NCBI GenBank assembly: GCA_951406725.2
Contig: OX597818.1
Coordinates: 47,120,001 to 47,184,000 of the forward strand
DNA from: Octopus vulgaris
Lineage: Eukaryota
Direction of reading: 5' to 3'
Length of the DNA: 64,000 nucleotides
Position 1 is the stretch's first letter. The number at the start of each line of letters is the position of its first letter. The notes under the pieces are model-generated. The model was given only the letters and a program-made list of their open reading frames with translations, was not told where the DNA came from and did not search any database. A program made the translations under genes and the position numbers. Below are positions 49,840 to 63,686 of the stretch, one piece after another.

Positions 49840-52800
49840 AACACACACACACACACATACATACACATGTATGTATGTATGAATATGTGTGTGTATGTAT
49901 ACATGCACACATTCTACTAAATAAATAGATATTTTAAACATGACTTTGAAATAAGCAAACATATGCGCACAGAAATTTTCAAACGCGTGCACGCACATAC
50001 GTCTATATACACACAGATATGTGTATTACATATCTGTGTATGTACATATGTGTGCATATATATATATATATATATATAATTATTTTATTGATGGTGACAG
50101 AATTTTGCAAACTGTTACTCTGTTTCATGTAACCTTTTGTCACGCAGCCATCTGACAAGCAGTTGCATGAAACACTGAGTAACAACCTCTGAACTTTTTC
50201 CACTTCAGTAAAATAGTATTTTACTCTGTCTTTGGTATTCGAGTACTATTTTCTCCACTTTGTTTTTTCACCTATATATGCTTACATGTGGTTGTTAACA
50301 TATTTACACACACACACAATTCTACCCACCCGCACTCACTGTTTTCCCGCTCCCATTCACCTCTACACACCTTGTACATTAAAGGTCCACTATTTTACCC
50401 CTTGTTTTACCACTATTTTATTTCATTACAGCTCCACCCCAGTCATTGTGCAAGAAACCTATTCTGTTCTGGTCCCTTCTCTCCTATTTTAACCCGTCAT
50501 CTCCTAACATGAATATGAATCCACCTTCTTCTCTACTGTAGCCACACTCAGTTGAAAGAAATCTTACTCTTGCAAGCTGCATGCATAGCTCTTACTAGTG
50601 CTGGTGCCATTGTGAAGAGTTTCCAGTAGATGCTGTAACCTGACTGGCACTAGGAAGTGCATCTAATCACAGAGACCAGGCCAGAATAGACGTTGGAGCA
50701 TCATGTGGTCTGTTGGACCTGGCAGATCCTGTCAAACCTTCCTATATGTGCCAGATAGAATGTGGATATTCAATGATGATGATATATGACATACATATAT
50801 ATACACACATACATGTACACATATACACACCATTTATTATTCTACATCCACATTCCATGCTAGCACCATCTGTCTTACCGAGTGTTCTGGGTGCAGTTTG
50901 TCATAGTACTAGCTCTATAGAGATTGTCACGGTCTTAACAAGACAAGAGTAATGGGTCTGCTTAACTCCGTGTTTCCTCTGCTCTTTACAGAATGTGTAA
51001 CATGCATTTTTTCATGGCCCCCAGCATGAGTGGGGTTTGCCTTGTACATTACAAGTGTAAAGAATCCTCACTTCTCTTAGACATGTTTATTCACTGAATG
51101 CAATGTGGCCGAGAAGATGAACTGAAAAGAGAATAATGGCAGATGAATCAAAATGGTTAGGTGAAGAGAGAGTGTTTGGTGGCAGAAACAGAGTGATTGG
51201 ATCGTGAAGGTGAGGGAGTGATGGGCAATAAGAGATGTGGACAATGGTAAGAGCGAGTGATGGATGTCAGTAACAAGCTGCCTAAAGGAGAGTGAGTGAT
51301 GACTGGCAGTACAGAAAGTGTGGTGGCAGAGTGTGAAGTACAAACAGATCTGATGCAATATGTTATACATAGATCTTGCAGTGGACGAAGGATTTAGATT
51401 GGTAAGGGTGGCGATAGGGGTACTAAATATAGTTAGATCCAGTATCATCTCTCATTAAATGGGCAGCTTAAGTGACAGTAATGGGTGATAAGAAGATAAG
51501 TGGGTATCAAAATGGCAAGAGAGGCAGCAGATGCTTCTTTGCCTCCATCATGCATACCACTTTTTAATGTTCGATTTGCCATGCTTGCACAGGTGAGTGA
51601 GTGGGGAAGGTCATGTTTTCTCCAGCATCTTGTATTGCCAATTGACATGGTCCTTCATCATCTCCTTTGTGAAATGTGTTATCATCGGATCATTTTCTCC
51701 CGAGTCTTTATCACTCCCTCTCTTCCATATCTTCCATTTTCTCTGTAACTCTTTGTTGCTAATAGACACGACATATATGATGTGCATACATATTTGTGTT
51801 TGTATGTCTTTTTTTTCTCTCTCTATATGAATTGACACCTGTACATCTTTGTCACTTATTTATATTCTGTCCACCTAACTTGGAATCTGCACTTCAGAAA
51901 TACTATACAAAGTACCTTTATAAAAAGTACATGTCTGAATTACCAAGAGCGGATATCTTCACTTAGCCGGGTTGCATTGTCTATACATACGATAGAAATA
52001 TTGGGTACAAATACCCCTACACGGAGTCTTGATATTCAATATTGAAATTATATTGGTGGGGAGTGCAGATTATACAGCCTAATGACTGAAACAGCTTATA
52101 TCAAATATAATTTGTAAAATATTTGTGGGTGAGTTAAACAATACAGATTTAGTTTATCCATTCTCTTCATAAAAATTATATGAATTTCCAAAATCTACTC
52201 AATGGTTCTAAAGCCCTGTTGACTAGTGCATACTTTTTGTTCAAAGCCGATGGTTCGATCCATTGCTTCTCCAAGTTCTTATTTTGTATGTTTGTTCTGT
52301 TCAAGTGACAAGATAAATAGGTGGACTTGGTGTTGGATCTGGAAAACACTGGGTACTACCCTTTGGATTTATTTTTCATTGGTCAAATGGTAATGTCTAG
52401 GGTGCTTAAATGGGGTATGCAACAGTGTAAGCTAGTAGTCTGTTTATAGTGAGTTGCATGGGTGGTTCTTTGTGGAAGTGGTTAAATTACTTGGCATTTG
52501 TATGAAGAGAATTACTACTGTGTGTGTGTGTGTTGGTAGTTAGGTGTGGGTCAAGTATTTAATATAAAGATGAGCATTATGGGAATGAAGACTATTGCTA
52601 TGTTGGTGTTGTAAAGCCAAATGAAGATATAATGTACATAAATGATTCATCATCATCATCATAATCATTTAATGTCCCCTTTTCCATGCTGGCATGGATT
52701 GGGCAGTTTCACAATAAGGGACAAGCCAGATAACTGCACCAGCTTCTGTGTCTGCTTTGGCATGGTTTCTACAGCTGGATGTTCTTTCTGATGCTAACTG

Positions 52801-53589
52801 TTTATCAGAGTGCCTTCTGTGTGGCACTGCTGGGATCACAAAGCACCCACAAGATAAGACTCCCCAGCTGAATGGATTATAGATTGGAAGGATAAGGAAT
52901 AATAATAGTTGTTACATAATGAAAATCTCTAACCATCCACACAGTTATAATAATAATAATAATAATAAAAAAACTTAAAGAACATTGTTAATAGAATTTC
53001 ATTACTATCTTCTGAAGGGGACATATTTAATTGCATCATACTCTACTGCAATTGTGCACTGAAAAAGTGGTTTATCAAAAGACCCCAAATACAATTGATG
53101 GGACTAGCCCCACAGAGCATTAAAACTAAATAAAAAGACATAATTTAGTTTAGACTTACTTCCATGTTGCATGAATGTAATATCTAATACAGCTAAAAGA
53201 TTTTCTGTCATTCTTAAAAAAAACCAGAAAACATTTCACTATCAGTCATATATCATAAGTTCTTTGATAAGCGTAATGTAAAACTTAGCTACTGTTGCTT
53301 GAAAGCATACATCTAATATTTCCCACCATAACTAAAATTTTAGAATTCTCTTTCTCTCAATCTCCCATTCTTGTTAGATCAGCAAAATTGAACCCAGTTT
53401 CAGTTGTAACTCCCTAATATGATCAGAAATGGATTGAGTAAAAACGAAACTGATAGAATAAGTACTAGACTTAAATAGAATATAAGTATTGGAGTCTGAT
53501 TTGTTTGACTAAAACCCTTCAAAATGGGTCCCAGCATGACTGCAGTCCAATGACTGAAACAAGTAAAAGATAAAACTCAGCTATGAAAA

Positions 53590-53835
53590 CTAAGTCCATC
53601 AGCATATAGACAGGCACTCCCACAGACAGTTGATCTTGAGTTCCTTATTTATGGCCTTGAGGATTATATTAAACAGGAGGAGGATGCGGACAAGGCCACA
53701 ATGGACACTTAGTTGTACACTGAATTCCTTATTGAATTTGTTGCTAACATACATTTTGCTGACCAGATCCTGTATATTCATGGCTTGTAATGCTCTTAAA
53801 AGCCTTCTTCCGAATCTCTGTTTTCTTGAGACCAC
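53590..53835 (-). pseudogene. RTE-clade LINE RT relic
   Basis: VSKMYVSNKFNKEFSVQLSVHCGLVRILLLFNIILKAINKE...LWECL followed by a frameshifted YAD. Confidence 0.65.
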
Positions 53836-54624
53836 TGGGCCCTAGAACGTGGTACGTTGTCAAAAACTGCCACCAGGTCAATAAGTGTAAGATATCATGG
53901 CTTGCTCTTTGTTTACAACTTTTACTATTGAAATGGGAACAGTGGTATCCCATTCTGGCACAAATCTATCTGCACCTTATATATCTTATATATGTGTACA
54001 AATATCTATAAAAGTATATATGTATAACTGTTCTCTGTGTGTGTGTTCTTTTATACATTTCAGCCCTGGCTATGCTGGGCCACCATACTAGTAATAATTT
54101 GTGTATATCTATGTATTATGTAAATATGTAAACATGTTTACTATGTATGGTTATGGGTCCTGTTTATTCTTTCTTGTCACATATAGTTCTCACTCAGAGG
54201 GGGTTGGGTGTCATATATTTTCTATCATGACAAAAAGAAAAATTTCTTTTAGAATCTCTTATTTTTCTGATACTGAGTTCATCAGTCAACAAGTCAGCCA
54301 GCCAGTTTACGGTCTTCCATCCTTTCAATACCTTTTCTTCTTTTATGATATTTACATTCAGAAAACATACCACTGAAACCTTCAAATTTAGGAAATGAAG
54401 AACCAGTTCCTTCTTCTTTCATCCATGTCTAATTATTTGAGAAACATGGGCAGACTTTTTTCTTGCTTGATGGCAGCTGTATGGAGAAAGAATGTAGAAA
54501 TTTGCCTCTGTCATATCTATGCTCACTTGTCTATTACTGATAAGATTGTTGGCTTGAAGCATTTTGGAAACTGAAATAGAGCGAACTGAACATCTATAAA
54601 ATAGTGAACCTAACTATTATTTTA

Positions 54625-54865
54625 GTGGAGGCGCGTGGCTTAGTGGTTAGGGTGTCAGCATCATGATCGTAAGATTGTGGTTTTGACTCCTGGACCGGGC
54701 GACACGTTGTGTTCTTGAGCAAAACACTTCATTTCACATTGCTCCAGTCCACTCAGCAGGCAAAAATGAGTAACGCTGTGATGGACTCGCGTCCCGTCCA
54801 GCTGGGGAACACATATGCCATAGAAACCGGGCCCATGAGCCTGGCTAGGTTTTAAAAGGGCGCAT
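54625..54865 (+). mobile_element. SINE family D
   Basis: gtggaggcgcgtggcttagtggttaggg head; gatggact.gcgtcccgtccagctgg V-domain-like motif. Confidence 0.85.
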
Positions 54866-55261
54866 TCATTTATTATTTTATAAAACAAAATATTTAAATG
54901 TCATAAATGGCAGTGTATTACTGAAGATCTTAAATAGAAATAGTGCAGACATTTTTTTTTTAAATGAATTTTCACTCTAGTATGTTCAAACAGGGCCGGT
55001 CTGGTCTCTCACACCTACACTACAAAGTCATTCTGAAAACTAAACTATCACATCATTGAAATCTTGAAGCTGCAAGATAATGAATGATAAATACAAAACA
55101 ATGTGAATAAATAAGCATTATATTTGATAAATCTGAATGCTAAGGGTTAAATGCTAGATTTTCTTGTTTCTTATGACAAACCAAATATATTCTACTTTTG
55201 AATTTTAAATTGGAATGAATGTAGGTTGTTTTGGGCAGCTAGGTCTTTTATAATTCTGAGT

Positions 55262-56013
55262 TCAACCCTTTAGCATTTAAATCATCTATATCCAGCCTAA
55301 ATGTTCTACCTGTTCAAACTAACCAGATCAGACCTCTCACACCTACCCTACACTGTCATTCTAAAAATAAACAGTCACATCATCAAAATCTCAAAGCTAA
55401 GAGACAATGCATTATTACTGTATTTTAACATGAATAAGGAACCCTTTTTTGTCAAAAATTAGGTGAAAAAAATATGGGAGCTTCTTATACATGGATAGTA
55501 TTATAATCCCTTACAAAACATTGTTTCCAAGTTTTAAGCCCCCCAAAATAGGGGGTTTCTTATATGTTAAAATACAGCCATTCAAAGCAATGAGAATAGG
55601 CATAGGAGTGGCTGTATGGTAAGTAGCTTGCTCACAAACCACATGGTTCTGGGTTCAGTCCCACTGTGTGGCACCTTGGGCAAGCATCTTCTACTATAGC
55701 CTCAGGCCGACCAAAGCCTTGTGAAAGGATTTGGTAGATGGAAACTGAAAGAAGCCCATCGTATATATATGTATGTGTGTCTATGTTTGTCCCCCCAACA
55801 TCGCTTGACAACCGATATTGGTGTGTCTACATCTACGTAACTTAGCGGTTCGGCAACAGCGACCGATAGAATAAGTACTGGGCTTACAAAGAATAAATCC
55901 TGGGGTCAATTTGCTTGACTAAAGGCGGTGCTCCTGCATGGCCACAGTCAAATGACTGAAACGAGTAAAAGAGTATTACATTTGATAGAGTAATCTGAAT
56001 GCTAAAGGGTTAA
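55262..56013. mobile_element. MITE G2 hosting a nested pogo-like MITE (55418-55577) and a SINE A (55599-55974)
   Basis: G2 sequence resumes after each insert. Inner TIR CTGTATTTTAACAT/ATGTTAAAATACAG. Confidence 0.75.
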
Positions 56014-56423
56014 GCTCTACGGCAGTTGTCTGATGATATTCCTCTGACAAAGAGAAAGATTATATTTGATCTAAACAAAGGGTATTAAGCATTTCTTGTG
56101 CTTATATAATTTTATATACATATTTATTTAGCTGTGGAATGAAAGGAAAATATTCGAGCAGCTGGATTTGACATATATCAAATTAAATTCTAGATTCATT
56201 TAAAATCAATATAGGCACTTAAAAGAGCATCAGAGTAAAACAGTACTATATTTATTCATTTCTCAGATTTTATTTGTAGTTCAGTCTAGGTATATAATTT
56301 AAAAATAATCCTTAAAGTATTAACTTCAAGAAGTTATTTATTTTTAATCATATATGAATTAACTTCTACACTACTTTCTGTAAATGTTTTTAGAAAATCT
56401 ATCTTTGTTTGTCACAGGGGTTA

Positions 56424-56735
56424 ATCATCATCATCATCATCATCGTTTAATGTCAACTTTCCATGCTATCACGGGTTGGATGGTTTGACCGGGGTCTGGG
56501 AAGCCAGGAGGCTGCTCCAGGCTCCAGTCTGATCTGGCAGTGTTTCTACAGCTGGATGCCCTTCCTAACGCCAACCACTCTGTGATTGTAGTGGGTGATT
56601 TTTACGTGCCAGGGGAGGCTGGCAGCGGCCACGATCGGTTGGTGCTTTTTACGTGCCACCCGCACAGAAGCCAGTCAAGGCAGCACTGGCATCAGCCACG
56701 TTCGGATGGTGCTTTTTACATGCCACCAGCACAGG
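56424..56735 (-). mobile_element. Family F retroposon
   Basis: (CAT)n plus ctggatgcccttcctaacgccaaccac. Confidence 0.8.
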
Positions 56736-56769
56736 TAAGAAAAAAAACACACACTCACACAGAGTGATA

Positions 56770-56960
56770 GATGAATTATCTCCATACATTTTGTAAATAG
56801 AATGAATGGTGGATTCATTGGCACCAAACTTGCAGTCCACAACAATGAAGCTTCCACCATCGTGTATTTTCTTGATCTCCATCTCGTAGAGAATTCACTT
56901 GTCTGCATTGTTTCTTAAGATCAGGAACTATTGTATTCTTTCTGTTCACTGGTTCCATAT
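56770..56960 (-). pseudogene. Possible Tigger/pogo transposase N-terminal HTH relic
   Basis: MEIKKIHDGGSFIVVDCKFGANESTIHSIYK resembles the CENP-B/psq-type HTH (KFGxNESTIRSI). Confidence 0.5.
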
Positions 56961-58762
56961 TGATAGGTGTGAGTATATAAATCCCTATTAAAAAATATGC
57001 AGTCTCACAACATGGTGATGTAAAGACAAGCGATAATTGGTAGCTGAGCATTGTGGTACAAGCAGAATCTTTCACTGATCCTTGACCCATGTTATCACAA
57101 ATCAACCTGTGATGAATGAACCAGTGATTAAACAGGGTTACATGTAAAGGGTGAAGACACTTTCTGGTCATGAATGAGTATGGGACTGCATCTAGAAAGT
57201 TTCCCTCTGAGGCACAAGTCCAAGCAAGGTTGTTTGTGGAAGACAAGCTGTCGCCCATGAAATCCATTTTCCCTTCTTCACACCACTGGTGTTATCCAAG
57301 GGGAAAGGCAAAGGATGATACAGCTTGGCACCAGTTACATCACAGCTCATTTCCACAGCTGAGTGAACTGGAGCATCATGAAACAAAATGCCTTGCTCAA
57401 GAACACGACACACAGCCCAGTCCAGGATTCGAACTCACTACCTCATGATTGTGAGCCCTATGCTGTAACCACTGAGCCATGCACCTTCACAAAGGCCACA
57501 TGTATTATATTTATCTGAATATATTTACCTTCTGTACTCTGCCTCCTATAGTATTAATAGGTAAAACTACACAGATGATAAATTTTATCATAAATCAAGT
57601 AGAAATGATGTTGGTAAAGCTATGACAGTGAAAGTTCCAATGAGAAAATCCAACAAAATTCTATACATGGCAGGTGAAAGCTGCAAACTAAATACATAAA
57701 CTCTGTCAAAATTAATGATTCCTAGTATTCCATTAGTTAATTCATATCTAACCAACGCTTTGTGTTCTGTACATTTTCTTGTCATCAAATCTTTGATTTG
57801 TATTGGGGCTGTTTTGAAAACATCATAACATCTTTCAAATAATCATTAAGAGATCACTTCAGGTTCAATCTTTGCCTACCATATTTTTACAATAGTATTT
57901 TAAAAATTTCTTGGGTCTATTCACATATATTTTTTACAACTGCTTTTTATAAATATGTTGAATTCCTTCTAATTTAAACATATTTGAACTTGTCTGACTT
58001 GCGAATTTCTTCCATTTTCATTTATCATCAAAGCCTAAATTTCACAGTATTGTTATTATTATTATTATTATTATTGAGATTACTTCTTGTATTCACCTTC
58101 AGTTTTTAAATAATTGCTACAAACAGTTACAATTTATTAAATTGTCAATTTTAATAGCAAACACACTTTATCTTTCAATCCTAGTCTATTCATCACTTCA
58201 AAGAAATATCATCCAAAATTCAAGTAATTTTTGTTATATTGGTTGTGATTTATGCTCTTATTTTATTTCACTTCTTTGCTAGCTAGCTGATTCACAGTAT
58301 TTCAAACGCCTGTAAATAACCGTCACTAAATTCACACTGAAAAAGTGAACAATACTTTTTATTCAATAAAATAATTCATTTGTTGACTTTTTTTTTTTTA
58401 ATATCAGCTATTTTGCAATAGTAACACTTTTGTTTATTTTTCATTTGCAAAGACCTATTTTGATGAAACATTTACTATTGGACAACCAATTTTTGTAAAA
58501 TTACTGCCAAGTAGAAAAGGTTAATCTTTAAAGCAAAAAAACAAACAAAAATAAAAAACTTCAAACTACTGAATTTGCTAACGAGCCATTCCAGTTTCTG
58601 TAATTAATAAAACTGTTTCTGCAATTTAATCTCTTTTTTTGTTTTGTTTCAAAGTGACCTTTGTTATTAAAATATAATTTCTACTGTTTTTGATACTTAT
58701 TGTTCACCAAAGAAAAGATATGCAATGTATTATATCATTTTATATTTTACTAAGTATTAAAT

Positions 58763-59010
58763 GTGGAGGCGCATGGCTTAGTGGTTAGGGTGTCAGCATC
58801 ATGATCGTAAGATTGTGGTTTCAATTCCTGAACTGGGTGACGCGTTGTGTTCTTGAGCAAAACACTTCATTTCACGTTGCTCCAGTCCACTCAGCTGGCA
58901 AAAATGAGTAATGCTGCAATGGACTGGCGTCCCGTCCAGCTGGAGAACACATACGCCATAGAAACGGGGAAACCGGACCCATGAGCCTGGCTAGGCTTTA
59001 AAAGGGCGCA
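58763..59010 (+). mobile_element. SINE family D
   Basis: Near-identical to 54625-54865. Confidence 0.85.
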
Positions 59011-59527
59011 TTTATATTATTATAAGTATTAAATGCAAATACATTTATGATTATTTCAAGTTTTAACTCTGATGGCAACATACGGTAAGAAATTCAGTAT
59101 AAAGGGTAGATTGCATAATATACCAAATTTGTGATACTTTTTGTTATAAAAACAGAATTATTAACTAAACAGGAAATGATCAGTAAATTTGACTCTAAGA
59201 CTGAATCCAAACGAACTGATGAGACAGTTTGCATTTTGATCATGTGTCAATGCCTTCAAAAAATGGTCAAACAAATGTAAGTATGTAACAAATATGAAGA
59301 ACATGTGCTAAGTAGAGAATCGTTGTAAGATGGAGATTTACTTATGGATTCAACAAAATATTAGTTCTTAAGGCATAAAAATGTTTAACTGAAAGTAAAT
59401 TGAAGAAGAATAAATCACTCATTTATAGGCTACTGGTTATCACATCTCTTAAAGTTTTGTTGTGTTAATTAACGATAAAATGTCATAGCCATTGTATTAT
59501 AAGACCAAGTGTTGATTAATTCTTACT

Positions 59528-59914
59528 TACTCTTTTACTTGTTTCAGTCATTTTGACTGTGGCCATGCTGGAGCACCGCCTTTAGTCGAGCAAATCGACC
59601 CCAGGACTTATTCTTTGTAAGCCTTGTACCTATTCTATCGGTCTCTTATGCCGAACTGCCAAGTTATGGGGATGTAAACACACCAGCATCGGTTGTCAAG
59701 CAATGTTGGGGGGACAAACACAGACACACATATATATATATATACACATATATACGACGGGCTTCTTTCAGTTTCCGTCTACCAAATCCACTCACAAGGC
59801 TTTGGTTGGCCTGAGGCTATAGTAGAAGACACTTGACCAAGGTGCCATGCAGTGGGACTGAACCCGGAACCTTGTGGTTGGTAAGCAAGCTACTTACCAC
59901 ACAGCCACTCCTGC
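59528..59914 (-). mobile_element. Full-length SINE family A
   Basis: Reverse complement of 6662-7052. Confidence 0.85.
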
Positions 59915-60124
59915 CAGCGATATATTGTTAGCAAAGTGACCATCGGTCTCTGATTTGCAACAAGCAAAATAGCTAGTTATAAAATCTCAAAAAGAGATAG
60001 AGTAGTAACATATACTAAACAGTAAAGCGAGTCACCACATCAAAGTGGCAAATGAATGTTACTGCTCCACCTGGGGTTAAACTAGTAGTAACATGTATCT
60101 GGCACTTTGATGTAGCTACTTGCT

Positions 60125-60346
60125 TTAACCCTTTCATTACTGTATTTATTTTGAGATGCTCTGTGTTTCTTTCAATTACTTTAAATATAACAAAGAATTT
60201 AATAAAATAACTTGGTTACCATTCAGCTAGTGTTAGGGACATAAATTGTAACTAAGGTTTGGTGAAAGATTTTAATTCAAAACTTATGAAAACAGGACAT
60301 TTGTACTCAGAGCCGGTTTCAGCCGGATTGGTAACGAAAGGGTTAA
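60125..60346. mobile_element. piggyBac-like MITE family G1
   Basis: TTAA-CCCTTTCATTAC...GTAACGAAAGGG-TTAA. Confidence 0.85.
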
Positions 60347-60570
60347 TGCAAACATTATTAAAGTTAATTTCTGGTAGTTCTTCTAATTTATGTTTCTACT
60401 GTACATAACTGTCATTATGGAATGTTATTTACTTAATACACAGTTTTATTTACATAGAAATGGTTGCCTTTATTGCAGGTTACTGTAAACACTGTTTTTA
60501 TATGATACAATGCAAAAAGTAAAATAATTTTTTAAAATTTGGGCTTCACAGAAGCAAGGTGGCTGAGATC

Positions 60571-61225
60571 CTTATTTCTTTATTGCCCACAAGGGGCTAA
60601 ACATAGAGGGGACAAACAAGGATAGACAAACGGATTAAGTCGATTACATCGACCCCAGTGCGTAACTGGTACCTAATTTATTGACCCCGAAAGGATGAAA
60701 GGCAAAGTTGACCTTGGCGGAATTTGAACTCAGAACGTAGCAGCAGACGAAATACCACTAAGCATTTCGCCCAGCGTGCTAACGTTTCTGCCAGCTCGCT
60801 GCCTAAAGGAACTCAGGTGGCTGAGTTCCTTTCGAGGGTTGGGCCTCATGGAGGCAAAGTGGCTGAGTTCCTTTTGAGTGTTGGGCCTTATGGAGCCAAT
60901 GACCAAAACCTTTGGCATTGTCATGCTTGAGAAGACCCATCAAGCCGAACAAAATCACAGACCTGGCAGATACTGATGTCATGCAAATTCACACCCATAC
61001 TGGTGACATGTAAATGCACCCCGGTGTCACACAAACAGCACCTGTGCCAGTGGCACATAAAAGTACCCATTACACTCTAGGAGTGGTTGGCGTTAGGAAG
61101 GGCATCCAGCCATAGAAAACTATGCCAAATCAGACTGGAGCCTGGTGCAGCCTTCCAGCTCAGTCAAACTGTCTGACCTATACTAGAATGGACAATGGAC
61201 GTTAAATGATGATGATCATGATGAT
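60571..61225. mobile_element. SINE B (minus, 60571-60803) adjacent to a long family F copy (plus, 60805-61225)
   Basis: Matches the respective family copies. Confidence 0.75.
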
Positions 61226-61360
61226 ATGCAGAAATAAGTTAAGTCTAGAAGGGAAAGGGAGCATGAGCCTCCAGGAAACACTACTCTATATTGTAGTGCT
61301 CTCTTAAGGGATCATTTTATACTATCGACAGTTGGGCAGTATAGAAATATTTCTGGTTTA

Positions 61361-61630
61361 CTGTATTTTCTGGCATACAAGTTGAATTTTTCAGACCGAA
61401 ATTTACACCTAAAAAGGGCAAGTCATCTTATATACCAGGAAAACTTTGGAGGACCAAAAATTTCATGTGAAATGCAATGGAAAGATGTTTCAATGTTTAC
61501 AAAATCTGGAATAAAATAAGCTTATAGGACGCCCAACTTTGCATATAGGGCCCAGGATGACATTTTGAGATACTCTTTGGGAGAAAAAAATCTATCTTAC
61601 ATATGTCAGCTTGTATGCCAGAAAATATAG
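61361..61630. mobile_element. Tc1/pogo-like MITE with TA target duplication; related copy at ~63088-63264
   Basis: TA-CTGTATTTTCTGGCATACAAG...CTTGTATGCCAGAAAATATAG-TA. The internal ~105 bp is shared with 63145-63250. Confidence 0.8.
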
Positions 61631-61639
61631 TAACCATAA

Positions 61640-61945
61640 AAAAACATTCAAGTGAGGTTGTTGCCAGTGCCACTGGACTGGCTCCTGTGCAGGTGGCACA
61701 TAAAAAGCACCATCTGAGCGTGGCCGTTGCCAGTACCGCCTGACTGGCCCTTGTGCTGGTGGCACGTAAAAGCACCCACTACACTCTCAGAGTGGTCGAC
61801 GTTAGGAAGGGAATCCAGCTGTAGAAACTCTGCCAGATCAGATTGGAGTCTGGTGCAGCCATCTGGTTCGCCAGACCTCAGTCAAATCGCCCAACCCATG
61901 CTAGCATGGAAAGCAGATGTTAAATGATGATGATGATGATGATGA
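61640..61945 (+). mobile_element. Family F retroposon
   Basis: Reverse complement of 14446-14730. Confidence 0.8.
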
Positions 61946-62214
61946 AGATGATTTTCTCTTGAAATATTTTGTTTCAGATAATTTCGAAAACAGTGAAGAA
62001 TTTAGTGAAATAAACTTTTTTGTTATCAAGGTGAGTTCATCAGTACATCAAATTTCTTAGTGCCAGCTGGCTGCTTTATCACCAGTGTATATGAGTGGCA
62101 CAGCTTTTTCAAGCCATCTGCCCTCATCTAGCTAGTATACCACCTGCTAGATCAAAGAGATTTGGTCACCAACGTATTATTGTTATATGCAATCAAAAGG
62201 GTGATACAATAAAA

Positions 62215-62520
62215 CAGTGGTTCCCAAACTTTTTTGAGGCCTCCCCCCCATAAGCAGGCCACATTCCTTGTGTCCCCACCCCAATTAACCATCACAAACA
62301 GACCTCTTCCTGAAGCAAATTCAAAGCAACTGCATTTCACAAATAAAACTTTACCTAACGAACCAATTATGTTGTTATTTTTACATGGATCGCTCCCCCA
62401 TTATTGCCCCACTTTTTACATGCATTACTACTTCATTACTACCCCCACTTTTCTTCAACATTCCCTTGGAAATTTCCACCAACCCCAGGGGTGTAATACT
62501 GCCCACTTTGGGAACTACTG
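62215..62520. mobile_element. hAT (Charlie-like) MITE
   Basis: TIRs CAGTGGTTCCCAAA / TTTGGGAACTACTG; decayed 8-bp flanks caataaaa/ctgtaaaa. Confidence 0.7.
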
Positions 62521-62887
62521 CTGTAAAAGAACAAAATGAATAAATGGCAACAAAGCTGTCACAAATGATACAAAGTGAATCAGAAATGTGACTAGCTCTT
62601 CATTAAAATGAAAAATGATGCTGATTGTGTTTTAATGAAACATCCTTTCTAAGCAAAATATTTACAAGAGACAATAAAATAAATAAATAAATAAACAAAA
62701 CAAGTTAAAAATAAAACAAGTTCAATAATTTATCAATAGGCATCAGTGATGAGTTCGTATATGGGATGAAATAAAATCTAGTCAGTCTGGATTTGAGGTA
62801 GAAACAGTGAAAATTTGGTTGATTAATATTTATCAGAAATATAAAATTTCTAAGTATCTCAGAGATATGTGCAGTGGTGGAGCGACA

Positions 62888-63047
62888 GAGTGGCTGTATT
62901 CTCTCAACTTAAGGTGACAGTCCCATGAAGGGAATCACACCACCGCTATTTAGCCCTAGGAAGCGTCGATGCTTCCTAGGGCTAAATAGCAGTGGTGTGA
63001 TTCCCTTAATGGACTGTCACGTTAAGTTGACAGTATACAACCACTCG
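62888..63047. repeat. Near-perfect loopless palindrome (~160 bp)
   Basis: Centre ...gctatttagccctaggaagcgTCGAtgcttcctagggctaaatagc... Confidence 0.9.
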
Positions 63048-63686
63048 ATTAATATTTACTTCAGAGTAAATATTAATAGACCATATACTATATTTGATGG
63101 CATAAAAGACACACAAACATATTACATATACTTCAATTCCAGCATGTTCAAAATCTGGAATAAAATAAGCTTATGGAAGGCCCAACTTTGCATATAGGGC
63201 CCAGGATGACATTTTGAGATACTCTTTGGAAAAAAAAAATGCATCTTACATACCATTGAGTATGGTATATATTGTGTATTTAGATTTTACATTGTTCGCC
63301 AATTAAAGCTGTAGCAATTGTGTGTTTTCGAGCAATTTGAGCTGAAATAGCTGCCAAAACTTTTATCAACAGAATTTTGTAAATTCAGTGAAAAGGTTAC
63401 ATTTTTTTCACTTGTATATGAACCAAGTTTAAAATATAAATAATTCTTTCTAGTTTTATCACAAGGCCAGTAATTTTAGGAAGTGGGGGCTAGTTGATTA
63501 CATTGACCCCAGTACTTGACTGGTACTTATTTCATTGACACCCCAAAAACATGAACGGTGAAGTTGGCCTTCGTAGGATCTGAACTTAGAATGTGAACAG
63601 CCAGAAGAAATGCCACCGGGTATTGTGTCCAACATGCTAATGATTCTACCATTTCACCACCTTAGTTTAAAAATAAATAATGAATT

